A DNA stretch of 64,000 nucleotides from Octopus vulgaris (Eukaryota). The notes below the pieces were generated by a model. The model saw only the letters and a program-made list of their open reading frames with translations. It did not search any database and was not told the DNA's origin. Positions 54,803-64,000 of the stretch are shown here, piece by piece. Within the stretch, counting starts at the first letter, position 1. Each line of letters opens with the position of its first letter. Location: positions 84,878,001-84,942,000 of the forward strand of contig OX597823.1 in NCBI GenBank assembly GCA_951406725.2. Direction: 5' to 3'. The translations under genes were made by a program, and so were the position numbers.

Positions 54803-54959
54803 TGTGGCTGTGTGGTAAGAAGCTTGCTTACCAGTCACATGGTTCCGGGTTCAGACCCATTGCATAGCATCTTTGACAAGTGTCTTTTACTTTAACCTCG
54901 GGCCGACCAAAACCTAGTGAGTGGATTTGGTAGACAGAAACTGAAAGAAGCCCCCATCC

Positions 54960-55009
<50 letters not shown>

Positions 55010-55228
55010 ATGTGTTTCTTGTTTGTGTCAATTTGTCCCCCACCAACGCTTGACAACTGATGTTGGTGTATTTACATCGCCGTCATCTGAAGGTTCGGCA
55101 AAAAGAGACCGATAGAATATGTAGCAGGCTTACAAAGAATAAATCCTAAGATCGATTTATTCGACTAAAGGTGGTGCTCCAGCATGGCCGCTTTCAAATG
55201 GCCGAAACAAGTAAGAGAGAGTAAAAGA

Positions 55229-55230
<2 letters not shown>
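54803..55230 (+). mobile_element. SINE family B with internal (TA)n
   Basis: Head, CORE-like motif, microsatellite, body, tail. Confidence 0.9.
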
Positions 55231-55279
<49 letters not shown>

Positions 55280-55423
55280 ACGATCCTCGAACCCACAAGA
55301 GTAAACAAGAAAGACAGAGACAGGCAGGCAGAAACAAGGAAGATGCCACTTATATTTGAACACTATACAAATATTCTTTTAAAAAGACTTTCTTTTAATT
55401 CTTCTAAATCTTCTAAATTGTTA

Positions 55424-55459
55424 CAGTTGAAAAAGTCTTAATGACTGAAACCGGTACTG
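55424..55459 (+). ncRNA. Minimal hammerhead motif with U3-A8 core variant
   Basis: cag-TTGAAAA-agtc-ttaat-gact-GAAA-ccg-GTA-ctg; palindromic ACCGGT stem III. Confidence 0.65.
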
Positions 55460-55507
55460 AAATGTTCTTTATAAAATTATTTTAGCCTTTTCTATCCTGA
55501 CTTCTTT

Positions 55508-55565
<58 letters not shown>

Positions 55566-55731
55566 GATACAAAGGCGGACAAGAGAAACAACAATTAGAT
55601 GGACAGGCTAAAAAAAGATGGGTCATTCTTGGCTTTCTTTCACCAGTCAAGTCCCAGAAGTCCCGATCATTTCGGGCAGTTACACTTGAGATGTTTGTAT
55701 ATACATACATACATTCACATGCACGTGTCCG

Positions 55732-55767
<36 letters not shown>

Positions 55768-55878
55768 CCTTTTAACTGCCAACAATTGCCTTGCGTTTCC
55801 CATGATTTTAATGACATTGTCCCAGCCTGCTTCATTCTGTTTGATTTCTGTTCTGCAACGAGTCACATTGTTCATTAT

Positions 55879-55930
<52 letters not shown>

Positions 55931-56713
55931 CATCCATCCTTCTCTCAGCCCTCTAGCTTTCTGCCTCCTTGACCAAGAGTTAACGCCGACATACTGATCT
56001 ACTCATAGTGTTGTACTTCGCACATTCGTTTTCGATTTGTTGTAAATATTTTTTTCTTGTCATAATATTTTCTTTACATACTCTTTAATATCCTTCCTCA
56101 CTTCACCTTAGCTTTCCGAGATCAATTTTCGTTTAACTTTGTACATTTGTTGTCCTGCTTTAACATCTATAACTCAAGCGCTCTGTGGCAAACGTGTAGC
56201 GGTGTTGACAAATGCGTCGAAACTACATTGATCCAGAATCAACAGCTGATGAAAAAATATCTTGGTCTTATTTCTATCTTGTTCTTTGAGTGTGGGGTAT
56301 GTGTGTAAAATGTGTGTATATGTGTGCGGGCGTCCATGTGAACTTGTCAGTACCAAAGTTTTCAACTATATATACACATATATACATAAATGCATACATT
56401 TGTGCATATATATGTATACATACATCTATCTGCCTCTATATCCATTTACACATATATAATGTCTGAAATTAAAAAAAAATATCGTTTATGTTTTCATAAG
56501 GCCGCTCACACACACGCATATATACCATGTGAGTAACAACGAAATTAATATACGTCAGTGTCATTGAAAGAGAGGAATACATTTGAAGCATTACACATAC
56601 GTGGGACGCTTACATACAGTTCAATGGTACATAGTAATTCCATATCCGCGGCTTACTTTGAAATCCAGCATGCAGTAGGACTGCATTTGACTTCTCAATG
56701 TTTGTATATGTCC

Positions 56714-56830
<117 letters not shown>

Positions 56831-56857
56831 CTGTGTGCGTGTGTGTGTACGTGTGTA

Positions 56858-57258
56858 CAGGAGCAGTGATGGCTGTGTGATAAGAAGCTCGCTTCCCAAT
56901 CGAGTACTTCCGGGTTCTGTCACCATGCGTGGAACATTGAACAAGTGTCTTCTGCTATAGCCTCGGACCGACCAGAGCCTTATGAGTTGATTTGGTGAAC
57001 GGAATCTGAAAGAAACCTCGAACATATATTTATAAATACATATGTGTGTGTGTATGTGTGTGTGTGTGTGTGTGTGTTTATGTGTCTGTGTATGGTCCCC
57101 CACTACCGTTTGACAACTGTTGTATTTATGTCCTCGCAACTTAGCGGTTTGGTAATAATCCGATAGAAAATGTACCAGTTTTACTGGGACCAGTTCCTTC
57201 AACTAAAAATTCTTGAAAGGCAGTGTCTTAGCATGGCCGCAAGTAAAAAGATAAAATA
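56858..57258 (+). mobile_element. SINE family B
   Basis: Same modules as 54803-55230, more diverged. Confidence 0.8.
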
Positions 57259-57268
57259 GGATATGAAT

Positions 57269-57333
<65 letters not shown>

Positions 57334-57894
57334 TGTATGTGTGCATACATATGTATACGTACTTGTATACACGCCCATATACACAAGAAAGTACCAAACA
57401 TTATTAGGTTTAATGTTAAACAGAAGATGTAACCTTGCCCATTGATTATTTATTGTCGCTGAAAACCACACCAACGTTGGTTTAGAATACCTTTTTATTA
57501 TTTTCGTAATCTTTTGTCCATAAAATAAATAGCAGCTAAAAATACAAAAAGCCGGTGATACATGTAACTAGTCACACAGCTCTGAAACAGCCAGATGGTT
57601 GTCACCAAATTAAACGAAATATTCCCGTCTTGCACAATATGCTAGACATGCTTTGTCGTAAATGATTAATTTATTAAATCTAAGAGGATAAAAGACAAAG
57701 TCAAACTCATTGTCGTCGCTTACACTCAGCCTAGACAGAAAAGAATAAAGAAAGACAGCAGTCACGACCAGAATACTGTTGGTAATAGTTTATTCATGTT
57801 GGATCATAAAATATCTGGGTAAAACAGGAACGACAATGATGTCAAGAGAAAGAACAACAGCATTAACAATATGCAAACGTACATATGCCTAGGG

Positions 57895-58225
57895 TAAAGA
57901 TTCCCCTCGGTCATGAATGATCATGATATTGCGCCTAGAAAGTTCCCATGAGAGGCACAAATCCGGACAAGGTTGTTGAAGGAAGACCAGCAGTTGCCCA
58001 TGCATACCAGCCTCCCCTCTTCACGCCACCGATGTCATCCAAGGGAAAGGCAAAGGCCGTTACAGCTTGGCACCTGTGACGTCACAACTCATTTTTACAG
58101 CTGGGTGAACGTGAAATAAAGTGCCTTGCTTAAGAACACTACACGCAACTCGGTCTGGTAATCGAACTCACTACCTCATGATTGTGAGTCCGTTGGTCTA
58201 ACCACTGAGCCATGCGCCTTCACGT
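57895..58225 (-). mobile_element. CORE-type SINE family C, full length
   Basis: tRNA-like head (tggctcagtggttaga, gagttcgatt), ttcttaagcaaggcacttta CORE-like motif, hairpin tail. Confidence 0.85.
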
Positions 58226-58289
58226 ACATAAGCCTATGCTGTATGAATATATGGAAGTGTATACGTAAATATTTATGTATCTTTGATCT

Positions 58290-58807
<518 letters not shown>

Positions 58808-58834
58808 AGAGAGATATATATATAGAGAGAGAAA

Positions 58835-58910
<76 letters not shown>

Positions 58911-59769
58911 TAGAGACTCCCGTTGTGAAATCCCCTCCGTCTTTTTTTCTGCGCATCAGTCGCATAGGAAAGATTTGCTTACATTTTTTATTCAACCTCA
59001 TAGTGAGGCTTTGAAATGCTTGAATTTCTTTCACTTCTGACTTACGCTCTGTTTCCGTAAATTAGGTATTTTATCATTTGTTTGGCCTGGATGAAAGGAC
59101 TGTATGCTTAGCATTCCCATGCCCTTGAAGATCAGTTTTCTGTTTAAACCAACCGAATCTACGACTGCATGAACAAAAGTGTCAGGCTGGTAATATTCGA
59201 GAATGTCGATGCTCTGGTAAGAAATTATCGGTAATAGGGTCTAATGGAAGGTTTGGTGGATTGAATAAAATTTTATGCAAAGAGAAGTGAGTGGAATGTA
59301 AGGGAGTGGACATGGCAGAAGACTAGCGCTATCCATGCCTCTCTGTGAGTGAATAAAAAGAAATACATGCAGCCCTTCCTAGATACTGCAATTTAATAGT
59401 TTCGTCATATTTCAAAGATCATTTTATTCTTTCCTCCAATCCTAAGGATCCATAGAAACGGTCCTTATTTTTTCAGTTTTTGCAACTTGAAACGATTGAA
59501 AGATAGAACAGTAGTATCAACTTAATACTTAAAAATTCAAATTGTGTTTTGGTACTTAAGTTTCATGGATCTAGACAAAGGACGGTCCAGGGTGAAAATG
59601 TATTACCGGTGACTCGGTTTGTTTGCTACTATTTCATCGTCTTGGTCATTTACAATCCTAGAAGCAGTTGCAATAACAATTGACTATTTAAGAACCTATT
59701 TATAAAAGACTGCCCGAAATATTTTGCTACTAGCTGCTCTCGTCTACGGTCGGTTGCTGTTACTCTTTT

Positions 59770-59950
59770 ACATGCAGGAGCACCGCCGTTAGTCGAGCAA
59801 GTCGACCCAGGGCTTATTCTTTGTAAGTCTAGTACTTATTCTATCAGTCTCTTTTGCCGAACCACTAAGTTACGGGGACGTAAACGCACCAGCATCGGTT
59901 GTCAAGCGATGTTGGGAGGGGGGCAAACACAGACATATACACACACGTAC

Positions 59951-60013
<63 letters not shown>

Positions 60014-60175
60014 CGTACGACGAGCTTCTTTCAGTTTCCACCTACCAAATCCACTTACAAGGCTTTGGTCTGTTCGATGCTATAGTAGAAGACACTTGCC
60101 CAAGGTGCCACGCAGTGGGACTGAACCCGGAACCATGTGGTTGCTAAGCAAACCACTTACCACACAGCCACTCCT
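59770..60175 (-). mobile_element. SINE family B with internal (TA)n(TG)n
   Basis: Near-consensus copy. Confidence 0.9.
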
Positions 60176-61204
60176 TGGTGTATTTCTGGTGTAGCCTGAA
60201 GTAGGTGCTAATTGAACAGATCTATAATCAAAGAGCGTTCAGGCCGTTGCCCTCAGATCTTTGGTTTTTTTTACATGCTATAATATCCACTACTACAATA
60301 ACTAAAGTGTTGTTTCTTTTTAAATAAGATGGTGTAATTACATGGAAACTTGACTGTCATTGCTAGTAAAACCAATTACCGTGTAAAGGCTCTAACATTG
60401 ACTCTCTGGTTCGATCATGCTCGGTATAAGATATAGTTGGATATCGTAAAGCTAATAGAGATTTTATAGCATAATCTATGAGAATATGCATTGTCCAGTG
60501 TTAATACATATATCATTAAATTTCTAAACTGATATTCCGTCGTATGTTTATTAAACACATTTTTATTATTGCACTGCAAAAATGTATCCCACGGGTAATA
60601 CAGAGGGCTGCCAAAAGTAGGTTGAGTGATAGGGATCAAATCGTTGAGTAATCGGGATCAAAAGTCAAATCGATCTTTCTCCCTAGGTGCTGAAATTTCT
60701 GTCGTTTAACCACGACGAGGTTCTCCTTCCACAGCAAGTCTACGCATATGATTATTAAGCAAACCATTGTTATTCTATTTACAAATTTAATCTCAAATAT
60801 GCTGTGTCTGTGCTTCACTAAATAAATACATTTCATACATAGTTACTGAAAACACTCAATTAGCCATTAACTGAGGTGTGAACAAAATTCAATAATTACT
60901 CGGCTATTGCTGATATACATCAAATACGGTGAAACAATAACAACATAAAAATAACACACACGAATTCTGCAAAGAAAGATAATTAATGAAATGGAGGGGC
61001 GAAATACTTCGAGTACGCCATAATACATTTGTCGCTTCGTTTTCAGCTGTCACAATTGCGTTGTGATATAGAATGAGTTATATAATATCCAGCAGTTTAA
61101 TTAATAAAACTGAAATTAAATAACATATGTGAACGCTGCTGAAAAGTATATGCAGCCGGAATTTTTATTTATTTATTATTTATAACTCTAGGACTCATAA
61201 GGCT

Positions 61205-61535
61205 GGTATCTGGCACTCCATAGATTTACGATGACGTGGGTTCCAGTTGATCCAAAGTATAGAAGAGACTGCTCGTGAAATTAACTTCTAAGTGGTTGAG
61301 CACTCCACAGACACGCGTGAACTTAACGTGGTTCTCACGAAGATTCAGCGTGAATGAGAATGTGACAAGGCCGACCTTTTGAATTACAGGTATGATTCCT
61401 TTTTGTCGACTGGGTGGACTAGACCAAGGTGATATAAGCTGTCTTGCTCGAGAACACAACGCGCCGCCGGGAATCGAACTTACGACAAAGCGATCGTGAG
61501 CTGAAAACCCCTATAACTAAGCCACGCGCCTTCAC
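61205..61535 (-). mobile_element. tRNA/CORE SINE family E
   Basis: ggcgcgtggcttagtt head, gttcgattcc B-box, gttctcgagcaagac CORE-like motif, distinct 3' body. Confidence 0.7.
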
Positions 61536-61814
61536 ATGCTGTATTTCCATTTTTTCCATGCTGTACAAGCGACTGAGATCACAGCGTTTTCCCTGAAAGG
61601 GATGCCGTTCCGTTGCAGACTTTTAGGCCAGCAATTTTGTGGGACGAAACAAGTCTCTTACATCGACCTCAGTTCGTGAACTTGAACTGTATTTTATCGA
61701 CCTCGAAAAGATGAAAGACAAAGTTGACCTTGGCGGATTCTATCTTAAATGTAAAGACCCGGAAGAGACGCTGTCAAGCATTTAATCCAAGGTGCCAGCC
61801 ATTCTGCTAGAAAT

Positions 61815-62070
61815 ACTTTTTTTTGTTCCTTCTCGAGCCACGCCTGACTCATCAGGGCCGGTTTCCCGGTTTCCTTGGCGTATAGGTTCCCCACCTGGAC
61901 GAGACGCCGGTCCGTCGCAGATGAGCTGCAAGATGCTGGAGGAAAGGGTGAAAGAAAGTTGTGGCGAAAGAGTCAGCAGAAGTTCGCCATTACCTTCTGC
62001 CGGGGCCGCGTGGAGCTTAGGTGTTTTGCTCATAAACACACACACATCACCCGGTCTGAGATTCGAGCTA
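61815..62070 (-). mobile_element. SINE family D
   Basis: Reverse complement of 31540-31790. Confidence 0.85.
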
Positions 62071-62179
62071 GAAATATAAGTAACCTGAAATTTAAAAAAA
62101 AATATATTTTCTTGAACTTTAAAAGTTATAAGATCGGTCACAACATTTCCCTTGAATGAGATACCGGTGTCTTGCAAGG

Positions 62180-63085
62180 TTTAAGGCCTGCAGTTTTTAT
62201 GTGAAAGAGCAAGTCGATTAAATCAGCTCTCGTATTTCACTAATATTTTACCTTGTCGACCTCACGGAATGCAGGTAAGGTTGACCTTGGCGGCATTTGA
62301 ACTCAGATCGTAAGGACCTGCAAGAAATGCAGGTAAGCATTTAGTCTAACTTCCTAATGATTCTGTTAGAAACATAAGCAGGATGAATTTTTCTTGCTTT
62401 TGTGTTTCTTTTTTTTTTTTTAGCCCTTTGGGATCACAAGGCCGCTTATTTGGTTTCCATTGCGTATAAATGACCAGCATCATAATGTTCTTCTTGATCG
62501 AGACGCCAGTCCATTGCAAGATTTAAGGCCCGTAGTTCTGAAGGGAGGGGCAAGTCGATTAAACCAGCCTCAGTACTTGACAGATATTTTATTTTATCGA
62601 CCCCGAAATGAAGGCAAATTTGACTTCAGCGGGATTTTGAACTCAGAACATAAAGAGACATAGGAAATACCAATTTCTTTACTACCCACAAGGGGCTAAA
62701 CACAGAGAGGACAAACAAACAGACAAACGGATTAAGTCGATTATATCGACCCCAGTGCGTAACTGGTACTTAATTTACCGAACCCGAAAGGATGAAAGGC
62801 AAAGTCGGCCTCGGTGGAATTTGAACTCAGAACGTAACAGCAGACGAAATACCTATTTCTTTACTACCCACAAGGGGCTAAACACAGAGGGGACAAACAA
62901 GGACAGACAACGGATTAAGTCGATTATATCGACTCTAGTGCATAACTGGTACTTATTTAATCGACCTCGAAAGGATGAAAGGCAAAGTCGACCTCGGCGG
63001 AATTTGAACTCAGAACGTAACGGCAGACGAAATACGGCTACGCATTTCGCCCGGCGTGCTAACGATTCTGCCAGCTCGATGCCTT
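62180..63085 (-). mobile_element. SINE family A multimer and older neighbouring copies
   Basis: Full head near 63080 with a head-truncated unit joined by the same junction as at 6670. Confidence 0.88.
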
Positions 63086-63774
63086 TAAACAACAGGAATG
63101 ATATTAAATAGTACGTAATTTTAACCTTTAATTTTCGTTGAAGGTTTCGAATTCTCCGATTGATCTGGTTCTTATATCTCTACTTCCTTATCGGCATTGT
63201 TCTGTGTCCCTAAAACATAATATACAACTTTCAACATGTCTCTTACCTACGTATCAATGGACACCTCGTTGTATGAACTCTGTTGATTAACGAGTGCTTC
63301 ATTGGCTTGGCATCCTGAGTTCAAATCCAACCAACGAGCGTGTTTTATATTTGCATCTGTGACTCGCAGATGCGAGATGGTTAAGATATTACCCAACCAG
63401 ATAATGTGAGATGAGTTTAGTTAGATCGCTTGAAGAAATTTATCAAGGCGCAGACAGCTCTGTGAAGCTAAGAAGCTTATTATGCAACCACGTGGTTTTG
63501 CGTTCAGTTTTAGAGTATCACTGTAACAAGTGTCTTCTACTATGGAGTAGACTGGTCAATGCTCCGTGAGTGGATTTGTTACGTCCGAAACTATAAAGAC
63601 GATGTGCTTCTCGACTGAAGACTGAAAACTCCGAATGTTCCGCCCTTGTTTTTTCCTGTCCTTTTTTGTACCACCTACTGTCCGAATGTTTTGTTGTCGC
63701 CTGTTAAGTTCTTGTTCCATTTTTTGTTTTGATTTTATATATATGTATATATATATGTGTGTGTGTGTTTTCTT

Positions 63775-64000
63775 TTATTTGTTTTAGTCAAATTACTGCG
63801 GCCATGCTGGAGCATCGCCTTTAGTCGAACAAATCGACCCTAAAACTTATTTTTTGTAAACTTAGTACTTTTTCTGTCTCTCTCGCTGAACCACTAAATT
63901 ACGTAAACACACCAACATCGGTTGTCAAGCGATGGTGGTGGAGGGGGGGACAAACAGAGACAACAAACATACATATATACGACGGACTTCTTTCAGTTTC
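63775..64000 (-). mobile_element. SINE family B (runs off window)
   Basis: Tail and body in reverse complement. Confidence 0.8.

Noticed and set aside
61825-61860. CTGATGA plus hairpin on the minus strand as a hammerhead
   Set aside because: No GAAA/NUH or stem I; it is the SINE D tail hairpin. CTGANGA hits near 1794, 29625 and 49193 also lack the required stems.

Overview
AT-rich, microsatellite-saturated eukaryotic DNA. The tRNA-derived SINE families and simple-repeat load look like an octopus (coleoid cephalopod) genome; this is an inference from repeat style. No intact protein-coding gene is recognisable, and almost all long ORFs in the track are artefacts of simple repeats. The window holds dozens of SINE copies from about five families, two non-autonomous Helitrons, a Tigger/pogo-type MITE, and decayed Tc1/mariner, CR1-type LINE and Penelope-like (RT + GIY-YIG) elements at 40-44.6 kb. 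The main unannotated signal is a set of type I hammerhead ribozyme motifs. One is complete and canonical (23702-23787). Two minimal ones lie in an inverted repeat (14856-14895, 15083-15122). One carries the compensatory U3-A8 core (55424-55459), and several more are decayed. Most sit in short non-coding units beside (TA)n tracts, and one sits at the 3' end of the Penelope-like element, suggesting a Penelope-mobilised, retrozyme-like family. Also notable: a 5'-truncated U6 snRNA copy fused to a SINE/LINE-type 3' tail, and candidate non-coding exons of a minus-strand gene. Repeat boundaries are approximate; nothing was searched or folded computationally.
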